From: Candidatus Heimdallarchaeota archaeon
Lineage (GTDB): Archaea; Asgardarchaeota; Heimdallarchaeia; Heimdallarchaeales; JAJRWK01
Assembly: GCA_027061945.1 (NCBI GenBank)
Contig: JAMOVR010000210.1
Span: 9,977 to 33,976, forward strand
DNA: 24,000 nucleotides
Direction of reading: 5' to 3'
Shown here: in pieces, positions 16,256 through 24,000 of the stretch
Layout of the letters: the number at the start of each line of letters is the position of its first letter
How positions within the stretch are numbered: the first letter of the stretch is position 1
Translations under genes and position numbers: made by a program
The notes under the pieces: generated by a model
The model's input: the letters and a program-made list of their open reading frames with translations, nothing else
Told to the model about the DNA's origin: nothing
The model's database searches: none

Positions 16256-16984
16256 ATGCTTCAAAATCAAATATACATACTAATGAGTGAAGAGTTTTTA
16301 GCTACAATTGAAGGAATAATACTATTATTTATTATCTCAAGGAAAATAATTCCAAAAATAGTAAATAAGAAAAACCAGGGATCTGTTTTATATCTCATAT
16401 TAGGATATCTTGCTATCCTAAGCACTACTTTTTCACGAGCAGTGGGAATTTATCTAAATAATTCTGAATTAAGATTATGGGGCGCATTAGTCGCAGGATC
16501 AATTGGTATAATCTTATTCAATATTTGGGGAACAATTCAGATAAAAATGAAGAGAAAAACTCAGAAAACAATAATATTCTCTACGAGCATAGGATTAATC
16601 CTATTTGCAATAGGTGCAATCTTAAATTATGAACTTTTAAAAGGAATAGGACTAATAATTTTCGCATTTATTAGTATTATTACCTTATTAGTTCTATTGA
16701 ATTATGTTCTAACACATAGCCCATACTTAAAAGCCCAACAAAAAGTAAAGATCATTACTATCGGATTTACTTTAATGGTTATTTTTGAGATGACAGGAGT
16801 ATTCTTAATGCAAATAAATCAATGGCTAAATTCAACAATCCTTTTTTTGTTAAGAGACCTAAGTTGGTTAATTGTAACAATGGGGATAATATTTCCTAAA
16901 AGACTTCAAATAGTATTAGCAAAACGCTATTACATCCCTAAACCAAAAAAAAGCAATACTCAGAAGGCAACAACCGCATCTTAA
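16256..16984 (+). CDS. Polytopic membrane protein of unknown function (about 7 TM)
   Basis: 242 aa, multiple hydrophobic segments; strong SD GGAGG at 16240s just upstream of ATG. Confidence 0.75.
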   Translation: MLQNQIYILMSEEFLATIEGIILLFIISRKIIPKIVNKKNQGSVLYLILGYLAILSTTFSRAVGIYLNNSELRLWGALVAGSIGIILFNIWGTIQIKMKRKTQKTIIFSTSIGLILFAIGAILNYELLKGIGLIIFAFISIITLLVLLNYVLTHSPYLKAQQKVKIITIGFTLMVIFEMTGVFLMQINQWLNSTILFLLRDLSWLIVTMGIIFPKRLQIVLAKRYYIPKPKKSNTQKATTAS

Positions 16985-17228
16985 GTGAACTATCCCCTGT
17001 GCTTTTTTCGCGAGAGGTCCGTTTCATCAAGAGCATGTGCCTTGTAACCACTTCCTTTATTATAAGAAATGGTCTGGTGTAAATTTTTATGGTGCTCTCC
17101 CACAAGTGCTATGGGCCATTCTGGCCCTACGAATATGTCCTCTCTCATTAATGCTATAAAAAATCAGTTTACATTGTCTCTCTTATCCCTTATCTCTCAG
17201 AAAGAAAGGGCTTCTCGCTGATGTGATT
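16985..17228 (-). repeat. Copy C of the tnpB-tail/omega-RNA-like repeat element
   Basis: Minus strand: AATCACATCAGCGAGAAGCCCTTTCTTTCTGAGAG...CTTGTGGGAGAGCACCATAAAAATTTA...CTCTTGATGAAACGGACCTCTCGCGAAAAAAGCACAGGGGATAGTTCAC. Confidence 0.5.
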
Positions 17229-17257
17229 GATCAATTTTATTTTCCTAAAAATATTCT

Positions 17258-17935
17258 CTAGAAAATTACTTGGAATATCCTAAGTGTTTCGGGACCAGTT
17301 GTGCTAGAACCAACTACTGCACCACTAGTGTTTGCAATAATCCCACTATGAGGATAAGGAACACCCCGATTAACAGTAGTAATATCGGCATCTGTTTTTA
17401 AAGTTTCCTTAATAAATTGTAAATCTTCTTCAGAAGCAAGAGGGTGTAGCAAAGTTCCTTTTCCATTAGTAAATGCAACAGAGCCCACTAACGGAGAATC
17501 AACAAGGTTATGAGGAATAACTTCAACATCTAATGTTTCTTCAATTTGTTTAATCGCATTTACTTCAAACTCAGGACTGATAATAGCGATTTTATCTGTT
17601 GCCAATATTGTGTTACCCAGAGCAGTAATTTTACTGTCAATAATCTCAACATTAATACCTAATTCATCCGTAATTTCAGAAAAAACTTTTCTCTCGATTG
17701 AAGATGTAACTTTAGGTAAAACAAGGCCATTACGGTTAATAACAGAGAACATTCCAATTAAACTCGTGTCTGCAATAGAAACTTCAAAAATTTTTGAGAT
17801 GTTTAATACGTTTCTAATAGTATCCAAAATATTTGGTTTTACACCATGAGGCAAAAACAAAATTGAATCTTTACATACTGCGAAAAGCCCAATGTTTTCA
17901 TTACCTAAAATATCAATTTTAACAATATCTGGCAC
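17258..17935 (-). CDS. eif6: Translation initiation factor aIF6
   Basis: 225 aa; DILGNENIGLFAVCKDSILFLPHG...LVDSPLVGSVAFTNGKGTLLHPLA...TVNRGVPYPHSGIIANTSGAVVGSSTTGPETLRI. Confidence 0.94.
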   Translation of the reverse strand: MPDIVKIDILGNENIGLFAVCKDSILFLPHGVKPNILDTIRNVLNISKIFEVSIADTSLIGMFSVINRNGLVLPKVTSSIERKVFSEITDELGINVEIIDSKITALGNTILATDKIAIISPEFEVNAIKQIEETLDVEVIPHNLVDSPLVGSVAFTNGKGTLLHPLASEEDLQFIKETLKTDADITTVNRGVPYPHSGIIANTSGAVVGSSTTGPETLRIFQVIF

Positions 17936-18007
17936 AATCAGCGCCTCTCATAATTTTTAATTTTAGAAGTAGGGAGTTTAAAAATTAAGGAAAAGGGGAT
18001 ACAGGAA

Positions 18008-18385
18008 CTAATCTTCCTCTTCCTCTTCTTCTTCCTCCTCTTCAGGTTCAATTGGAGCTTCAGGACCCAATGGGGATTCCACTTCTTCCACTTCCACTTT
18101 TTCGACGGGCTTAGTTCCAGCTAGATAAATTTCAACATAGCCCTCATCGTCTTTTGTCATGTCAACAATAATTTTACGTGGAGGCTTTTCAATCCCTCTA
18201 TTCCAAATGTATTCATTCACAGATTCATGGATAAGGATTTTATCAATATCAGCTTTCATATGTCGTTGAGCATATTCCTTTAACATTCTAACAGCTCTGG
18301 GGGCACGTCTAGTTCTTGGAATATGGTTTAATTTGGGGTAGAAAGGAACTACCACTCCTTCTTTTTTTAACACAATTTCAACCAT
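18008..18385 (-). CDS. rpl31e: Ribosomal protein eL31 with acidic C-terminal extension
   Basis: 125 aa; IPRTRRAPRAVRMLKEYAQRHMKADIDKILIHESVNEYIWNRGIEKPPRKIIV; tail EEEEEEEEEEED. Confidence 0.92.
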   Translation of the reverse strand: MVEIVLKKEGVVVPFYPKLNHIPRTRRAPRAVRMLKEYAQRHMKADIDKILIHESVNEYIWNRGIEKPPRKIIVDMTKDDEGYVEIYLAGTKPVEKVEVEEVESPLGPEAPIEPEEEEEEEEEED

Positions 18386-18429
18386 TTATATCACCTTTAA
18401 AATTAGTAATAAACGACTAGACAAATTAT

Positions 18430-18585
18430 TTATCGTTTAATTTTTGAAGAACGCCAGTGACGACGATAAAGCTTTGAACGAACTTTACGATTAGTCTTCA
18501 TAATTACCCATGTGGGAATAGAAGAAGACTTTTTCATTTCATGAGCATATCTCTTTTTTCTATGATATAGTTTATAAGTTGCCAT
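18430..18585 (-). CDS. rpl39e: Ribosomal protein eL39 (below the ORF-track length cutoff)
   Basis: Manual translation gives MATYKLYHRKKRYAHEMKKSSSIPTWVIMKTNRKVRSKLYRRHWRSSKIKR*, 51 aa. Confidence 0.93.
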   Translation of the reverse strand: MATYKLYHRKKRYAHEMKKSSSIPTWVIMKTNRKVRSKLYRRHWRSSKIKR

Positions 18586-18590
18586 TTTTA

Positions 18591-18935
18591 CTACACCCTC
18601 TTAAAACGTATCTTTGTATCTCGTTTTCTCCCTTGAATTTGAGCTAATAAGTTTTTCAATTGTTCATCAGTAATTTTAGTTCTTAATTGACCAGATTGAG
18701 CTAAAGACACCAACTGGTATTCTACTGCTTGAGCCAATTCAGGTTTAACTAACTTAATATTTTGTAACCTGGCACGTGCATCTTCAGTTAAAACTGAACG
18801 CAAAATTGATTGGATTTTCATCTCTGTCTGGCGACGTTGTTCTTCTTCATGTTGTCTTCTTAAAGCTTCTTGTTGTAATTCAGCAAGCTTTCGCTGTCGA
18901 ATCGCCTCAAGCTCATCATCACTCATTTTAACCAC
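18591..18935 (-). CDS. PDCD5-family DNA-binding protein
   Basis: 114 aa; DELEAIRQRKLAELQQEA...QKIQSILRSVLTEDARARLQNIKLVKPELAQAVEYQLVSLAQSGQL. Confidence 0.93.
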   Translation of the reverse strand: MVKMSDDELEAIRQRKLAELQQEALRRQHEEEQRRQTEMKIQSILRSVLTEDARARLQNIKLVKPELAQAVEYQLVSLAQSGQLRTKITDEQLKNLLAQIQGRKRDTKIRFKRV

Positions 18936-18987
18936 ACATGAGTAAGTAATGTACTAATAATCATATTTCTTTTTATTGAGAACAAAA

Positions 18988-19419
18988 TTACGCCGTTGCT
19001 TCATTAACTATACTGTGTGCAACATGGTCTATGAAAGCCGTTCCTTTTGGAGTAATTTTACGGCCTTTATTAGATTGATCTTTTTCAACTAATTCAGCCT
19101 TTTCTAACTGCTGGAGGATCTTTCGGATAATATTACCGCTACCTCTAAAGAAATGTTCTGGTTTAACTCCTCTGTTTCTTAAACCACCATATTCCAGTCT
19201 AAGCCTTTGAACTCCAATAGGACCATTTAAATAAATTTTTCTTAGGACAGAAGCGGCCCGAACATACCACCAGTCAGGATTTTCAGGGGGATATTCTTTA
19301 TGAACACCTAACTTAACGAATTTGGCCCATTCTGGTGGTTGGATCTCCGGAATTTCTTTTAATTCATTGGATAATCTTTTTATTAATACATCTGGGGGGA
19401 CATCTCTACCACTAGTCAT
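18988..19419 (-). CDS. rps19e: Ribosomal protein eS19
   Basis: 143 aa; PEIQPPEWAKFVKLGVHKEYPPENPDWWYVRAASVLRKIYLNGPIGVQRLRLEYGG. Confidence 0.95.
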   Translation of the reverse strand: MTSGRDVPPDVLIKRLSNELKEIPEIQPPEWAKFVKLGVHKEYPPENPDWWYVRAASVLRKIYLNGPIGVQRLRLEYGGLRNRGVKPEHFFRGSGNIIRKILQQLEKAELVEKDQSNKGRKITPKGTAFIDHVAHSIVNEATA

Positions 19420-19615
19420 ATCTATATCACCAACTAAACCAACTAATGATTTCTGTAAAAAATGTGGTTAAATAAGTAGCGTTAAAGGACTATTTTTCAA
19501 AACAATAAATTAGGAGATCAATTAATATTTTTCGTGAACAACCTTGCTTTCACAAGGGCTTGTTCACCTTGATTGCATAAGATTTTTAGCAAATACAAAA
19601 AAGAGGGAAAATGAC

Positions 19616-20536
19616 ATGGTTAAAAATTCGATTATTGGAATTATTGGAGTTCCCCAAGATCTTGGTGCGTCTAGAAGAGGCGTTGACATGGGACCAAGCG
19701 CAATAAGAATTGCTGGATTGAAAAAGAAAATAGAAACATTAGGATATAATGTAGTAGATTTTGGAAATATCGCGTGTCATGATATTGATACTGATATTCC
19801 TGAAAAAGAAAAAGGAGAAAAAAATCTTCGCTTTTTAACGCAAATTGTAGATATGAGCTATAATTTAAAAGCAACTGTTGAAAAGGTGGTCCATAATAAC
19901 TTCTTTCCATTAATTTTAGGAGGAGACCATAGCATAAACATAGGGACCATGGCAGGAATGAAGGCATTACATAATGGCAAGACAGGAATAATATGGATTG
20001 ATGCCCATGGAGATTTTAACACCCATGAAACAACACCATCTGGGAACATACATGGAATGCCTTTTGCAGTAATAACTGGTAGAGGTCATCCAGATCTCCT
20101 TAAAATTGGCCCATCTCCTACAGTAATAGAAGAAAACGCAGTATTAATTGCTGCAAGAGATATTGATAAAGAAGAAGCTAAATTGCTAAAGCAATCAAAA
20201 GTAACGGTATTCACAATGCGAGAAATTGATGAATATGGAATGGCAGAAATTGCTAGGAAAGCAATAAAAATCGCTACAAAAGACACGTCTCATCTTCATG
20301 TTTCTTTCGATATTGACGCTGTGGACCCTTCAATAGCACCGGGAACTGGAACAGCTGTAGATGGAGGAATAACATATAGAGAAGCACATTTGTTAATGGA
20401 ACTAATTCATGAGAGTAGTAAACTTTCGTCATTAGAAATGGTAGAAGTAAATCCTACTTTAGATGTAAGAAATAAAACTGCAAAATTAGCAGTAGAACTA
20501 ATTGGTTCCGCATTAGGTGAAAAAATAATACCTTAA
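19616..20536 (+). CDS. rocF: Arginase (ureohydrolase family; track ORF opens at 19544)
   Basis: MVKNSIIGIIGVPQDLGASRRGVDMGPSAIRIAGL; LGGDHSINIGT; IWIDAHGDFNTHETTPSGNIHGMP; HVSFDIDAVDPSIAPGTGTAVDGGITYREAH. Confidence 0.9.
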   Translation: MVKNSIIGIIGVPQDLGASRRGVDMGPSAIRIAGLKKKIETLGYNVVDFGNIACHDIDTDIPEKEKGEKNLRFLTQIVDMSYNLKATVEKVVHNNFFPLILGGDHSINIGTMAGMKALHNGKTGIIWIDAHGDFNTHETTPSGNIHGMPFAVITGRGHPDLLKIGPSPTVIEENAVLIAARDIDKEEAKLLKQSKVTVFTMREIDEYGMAEIARKAIKIATKDTSHLHVSFDIDAVDPSIAPGTGTAVDGGITYREAHLLMELIHESSKLSSLEMVEVNPTLDVRNKTAKLAVELIGSALGEKIIP

Positions 20537-20544
20537 ACAAAAAT

Positions 20545-20621
20545 TGGTGGGCCAGGGCGGAATCGAACCGCCGACCTCACGGTTATCAGCCGTGCGCTCT
20601 AACCGACTGAGCTACTGGCCC
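20545..20621 (-). tRNA. tRNA-Ile (anticodon GAU), CCA encoded
   Basis: Minus strand GGGCCAGTAGCTCAGTCGGTTAGAGCGCACGGCTGATAACCGTGAGGTCGGCGGTTCGATTCCGCCCTGGCCCACCA. Confidence 0.96.
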
Positions 20622-20760
20622 GCAAATTAAAATTCATGCGTTGCCGTGAAATGATAAATATTTGTTCCTTTTAGGTTTTTTGCTTGTGTAGTGCTTTTAC
20701 TGTAAAACGATAGAAAAGTCATTAGGAAATAAATGCGCGATTATGCGGAGTTTATAAATA

Positions 20761-21846
20761 TCAAAAAACAGAGTTTTTCATATTTTCATAATGCGTGAAA
20801 AGATCATCATATCTTAAGATACCTGCTGGAGTTATAAATCCTGTAATATGTTCTACAGGAGTCCAGTCGAAAGCAGGATTAACAATCATACTACGGGGGT
20901 CTAAAAGGTAATGCCCTTGAGGACAAAAAAGTAATTCAGAAGGACTACGCTCTTCAATTTTAGCATCATTACGTGACATATTAGGAATAAAAGTAGACCA
21001 AGGGATTGCTACGTAGAAAGGGATACTAAAATGCTTAGCTAAAACGGACAATGTAAAGGTTCCAATTTTATTTGCTACCCATCCATCTCCAGTCACCCTA
21101 TCCGCCCCTACAATAATAAGATCAACTAACCCTTTGCTCATTAAATAGCCTGCAGCATTGTCACTAATAACATGAAAAGAAATACTTTCGTTAGCGAGTT
21201 CCCAACTAGTCAATCTTCCCCCTTGCAAACGAGGCCTGGTTTCATCAACCCATACATGAAAGTCAATGCTTTTCTGTTTTGCAATTCTTATAGGAGCAAG
21301 AGCAGTACCATAATCAGCAGTTGCTAAAGCACCAGCATTGCAATGAGTCAAAATATTCATCCCTGTTTTTATAAGGTCGGAACCATAAACACCAATATTA
21401 TAGCACTCATTTTTATTTTGATCAAAAATTTCTAATGCTAATTTTTCAGCATCTTCATACTGAAGATTCTCAGTAATTACCTTATCAACAAAATAAGATG
21501 TCATATTAAATAAATCAACAGCCGTTGGACGACTTTCTAATAAATAGTTATATCCTTTTTTTAGTTTTGTAATTATGTAATTATCTGGAAAAATAAGGTT
21601 CTTAGTATTCAATAGATCAAAATAATACCTAAGTAAACCAAAAACACCTGTAAGCCCAATTGCAGGAGCTCCTCTAACTGCCATCTGTTTAATTGCATTA
21701 AAAGTATCTTCTAATGAATTAATCCTTAAAAAAACCGTTTTTTCAGGTAATAATCTCTGATCAATTAAGACAAGTTCTTTAGAAGAGATATCCCAAGATA
21801 CAGCGGTACCTTCAATAATCTCATCATTATCCAGCCGAACTTTCAT
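20761..21846 (-). CDS. mtnA: S-methyl-5-thioribose-1-phosphate isomerase (eIF2B-like fold)
   Basis: 361 aa; AVRGAPAIGLTG, MNILTHCNAGALATADYGTALAPI, VDETRPRLQGGRLTSWEL, IIVGADRVTGDGWVANKIGT. Confidence 0.9.
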   Translation of the reverse strand: MKVRLDNDEIIEGTAVSWDISSKELVLIDQRLLPEKTVFLRINSLEDTFNAIKQMAVRGAPAIGLTGVFGLLRYYFDLLNTKNLIFPDNYIITKLKKGYNYLLESRPTAVDLFNMTSYFVDKVITENLQYEDAEKLALEIFDQNKNECYNIGVYGSDLIKTGMNILTHCNAGALATADYGTALAPIRIAKQKSIDFHVWVDETRPRLQGGRLTSWELANESISFHVISDNAAGYLMSKGLVDLIIVGADRVTGDGWVANKIGTFTLSVLAKHFSIPFYVAIPWSTFIPNMSRNDAKIEERSPSELLFCPQGHYLLDPRSMIVNPAFDWTPVEHITGFITPAGILRYDDLFTHYENMKNSVF

Positions 21847-21897
21847 ATTTTAACCACCTGTTAAATTTGAACAAAATTTTATCTCTAAATTAAATAT

Positions 21898-22491
21898 TTA
21901 TTTAGATTTATACTTGGAAATGACTGAAAATAAGTAATTTCGTACGGCTGTAGCATTTTTTTTATCACCAAAAGATCCTAAAAATACTATGCCTTTAGTT
22001 CTTGGTAGTACCGATTCAGCGCAGATTATACCCACTCGATAGCCTAAGCTTTTTGCTTCAAACACTTCGACATTCTTGATTGATGAATAAGGCACTTTTA
22101 AGGGGTGAAAACGAACGATCTCAGGAAAAACTTGTTCAATTACTAAATAGTCGTTATAGAAAAAGAGCCTAACATAAGGCCTCAAGGCTTTTCTTGCGGG
22201 CTTCACAACATAGAAATGTAAAATAAGTGACAACGTAAGCATCAAAATGAAAAAGAAGACAGATACCAACGAGAAATTTTCAGATATTAACGCCCCGATC
22301 CCTACGAGAATGAGTACAAATATCCCTAATATGCCGAAAATAAGCCCTGTTAAGACATACCCTGATAACAAGGCAGTAATGGGAACATAAGGAGCTAGTA
22401 CTATGACTCTATAATCTTCCGTTTGCTCATCTTTAGCAATACCTAATGGTATAGGATCTTTATTCCTACGAGACATTTTTATCACTTCCAA
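21898..22491 (-). CDS. Membrane protein with PH-like C-terminal domain
   Basis: 197 aa; two hydrophobic hairpins then FFYNDYLVIEQVFPEIVRFHPLKVPYSSIKNVEVFEAKSLGYRVG. Confidence 0.6.
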   Translation of the reverse strand: MEVIKMSRRNKDPIPLGIAKDEQTEDYRVIVLAPYVPITALLSGYVLTGLIFGILGIFVLILVGIGALISENFSLVSVFFFILMLTLSLILHFYVVKPARKALRPYVRLFFYNDYLVIEQVFPEIVRFHPLKVPYSSIKNVEVFEAKSLGYRVGIICAESVLPRTKGIVFLGSFGDKKNATAVRNYLFSVISKYKSK

Positions 22492-22523
22492 TAAATCTCA
22501 GATGATAAATAAAAAATAAAACA

Positions 22524-23720
22524 TCATGCTGCATGTACAATTTTCACCACATCAAAGGGTTGCAACTCGTAGTCCTCACCCACACGTCTACCAGAAGGCA
22601 GGATAATAGCATGAATGAATTTTTTTGCTAAATCACTATGAACCATACCTGCAAGTTCTCTAGGAGTAGTGCCTTTAGGAACTAGAAACACATCTGGGAG
22701 TACACGCCCATCTTTATCAGAATAATGTGTCGCATCTTCAACAGGATATACAGGTATAAGCCCCATAATATCAAATAATGCATGATGTAACAACTTCTGT
22801 ACACCTGTAGAACCATATTTCTTCAAGATTTTTTCCTTGATTTGTTCTAAAGTAGCCATTTCCCGGGAATTTAATAAAGTTGAATCAATAATTTCAAAAG
22901 AAGCATTACCTGGTATATAACTAATAGCTCCTTTTTCATCAAGTTTTCTAAGATAAAATTCTGCTAGGCCAGAGCATGGGATAATATCAAAGCCTTCTTC
23001 TTTTAGGCGCGCATAATTTTTTTCAGAACCTTCTCGGTCAATTTTATTACCGGCTATAACAATTGGAAATAGTTCTTTTCTTAATTTAGAAGCAAATAAG
23101 AACAAGTCATTTTCATTCCATTTTGTAGGCTTATTAGCATCTAAACCACTATTTTTCAACGCATTTCTAACTTTTTCTTTATTAGCCTTTAGTCCACTTA
23201 ATCTGTCAGTAATAACATCTACTAAAGACAATTTTTCGGCTTCAATTCTTCTAGAGATCCTGTCCCAGTCATTTTCTAATATTCCTAACAACCAATAATC
23301 AATTTCTTTTTCTAAAAAAATAATGTCTTGTTTAGGATCCCAAGAGCCTTTTTCAACAATATTACCTTCAGCATCTAAACTTCCTGAAAGATCAACTACA
23401 TGGATCAAAATATCAGCTTGCCTTAGATCATCTAAAAACTTGTTACCCATACCTCTACCTTCATGTGCACCCGGCACTAAACCCGCCACATCTAATAGTT
23501 TAATTGGAACAAAACGCTTTCCATTTTTGCAAAAACCATGTCGAGGCTCACATTTAACACCTAGTTTCTGACAAACGCAATCGATCACTACATATCCAAC
23601 ACCTTTGTTAGGATCAATTGTAGTAAAAGGATAATCTCCAGTTTTTGCGTCAGATAAGCAAATTGCGTTTAATAATGTAGATTTACCTGCCGAAGGTTTT
23701 CCAACTAACCCAACAAGCAT
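22524..23720 (-). CDS. OBG/YchF-family GTPase with TGS domain
   Basis: 398 aa; GLVGKPSAGKSTLLNAICLSDAKTGDYPFTTIDPNKGVGYV; LLDVAGLVPGAHEGRGMGNKFLDDLRQADILIHVVD; NKID; C-terminal TGS-like region. Confidence 0.93.
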   Translation of the reverse strand: MLVGLVGKPSAGKSTLLNAICLSDAKTGDYPFTTIDPNKGVGYVVIDCVCQKLGVKCEPRHGFCKNGKRFVPIKLLDVAGLVPGAHEGRGMGNKFLDDLRQADILIHVVDLSGSLDAEGNIVEKGSWDPKQDIIFLEKEIDYWLLGILENDWDRISRRIEAEKLSLVDVITDRLSGLKANKEKVRNALKNSGLDANKPTKWNENDLFLFASKLRKELFPIVIAGNKIDREGSEKNYARLKEEGFDIIPCSGLAEFYLRKLDEKGAISYIPGNASFEIIDSTLLNSREMATLEQIKEKILKKYGSTGVQKLLHHALFDIMGLIPVYPVEDATHYSDKDGRVLPDVFLVPKGTTPRELAGMVHSDLAKKFIHAIILPSGRRVGEDYELQPFDVVKIVHAA

Positions 23721-23766
23721 GTGTTTGATTATAAAAACAACATTCTTGGATATTTTGGTTGACGCA

Positions 23767-24000
23767 TTTAACTAAATTAGCGGGGATTCTCCTAAGTGAG
23801 TGGGGAAATGAGATTCGACTAATTTAGATTATTGCATTGTATTAGGAAATATTGAATAAAGACAAGAATGAGACATTCTTTTTTTATGTTCAGTTCTTCC
23901 ACTTAATTCGTATTTGTTCCATGGTATCTTGGATTCTTCCTTACGTACTCGTTCATGGGTAATTATAGGTAATGAAGGGGGCTTCTCTTCGACAGAGTTA
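23767..24000 (-). repeat. Possible copy D of the tnpB-tail/omega-RNA-like repeat element (may run off the window)
   Basis: Minus strand TAACTCTGTCGAAGAGAAGCCCCCTTC at the window edge; weaker 3' match GGAGAATCCCCGCTAATTTAGTTAAA. Confidence 0.35.

Noticed and set aside
17610-17849. Plus-strand 79-aa ORF
   Set aside because: Antisense to aIF6.
19671-20286. Minus-strand ORFs within the arginase gene
   Set aside because: Antisense to a well-supported ureohydrolase gene; no motifs.
1-24000. CRISPR array or classic defence island
   Set aside because: No tandem direct repeats with regular spacers, and no Cas, restriction-modification, toxin-antitoxin or retron genes recognised. The TAGTTCAC-type elements are dispersed and not an array.

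Overview
This is a low-GC archaeal window. The archaeal/eukaryote-type information-processing genes are diagnostic: Orc1/Cdc6, uL11, Spt5, SecE, RadA, aIF6, eL31, eL39, PDCD5-like protein and eS19. They are mixed with metabolic genes: glmS, a sugar nucleotidylyltransferase, a fused glutamate formimidoyltransferase/cyclodeaminase, tpiA, arginase, mtnA and a YchF-like GTPase. There are two tRNAs: Leu(UAG) and Ile(GAU) with encoded CCA. An Asgard-like host is plausible but cannot be proven here. The most interesting non-coding signal is a dispersed family of degenerate intergenic elements, about 80-255 bp long. There are up to seven, at about 1-50, 2664-2747, 5903-6143, 6975-7176, 14121-14340, 16985-17228 and 23767-24000. 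In a common orientation they start with TAACTCTGTCGGCGA..AATCCCCTTC and end with GAAGCAGGAAGCCCC-hairpin(GAAA-type loop)-TAGTTCAC. This 3' end resembles the 3' tail/right end of IS200/IS605-IS1341-type tnpB elements, where the omega-RNA scaffold normally lies. Only one true TnpB coding remnant is visible (C-terminal Zn ribbon, 5525-5800, minus strand). Most copies are therefore solo, and they are either decayed element ends or a non-autonomous/omega-RNA-like family. Other points of interest are a RadA with tandem helix-hairpin-helix domains, a compact structured locus encoding a 19-aa Pro/Trp-rich peptide (13935-14110), and a broken SecE-Spt5-L11 arrangement. No CRISPR array or recognisable defence operon was found.
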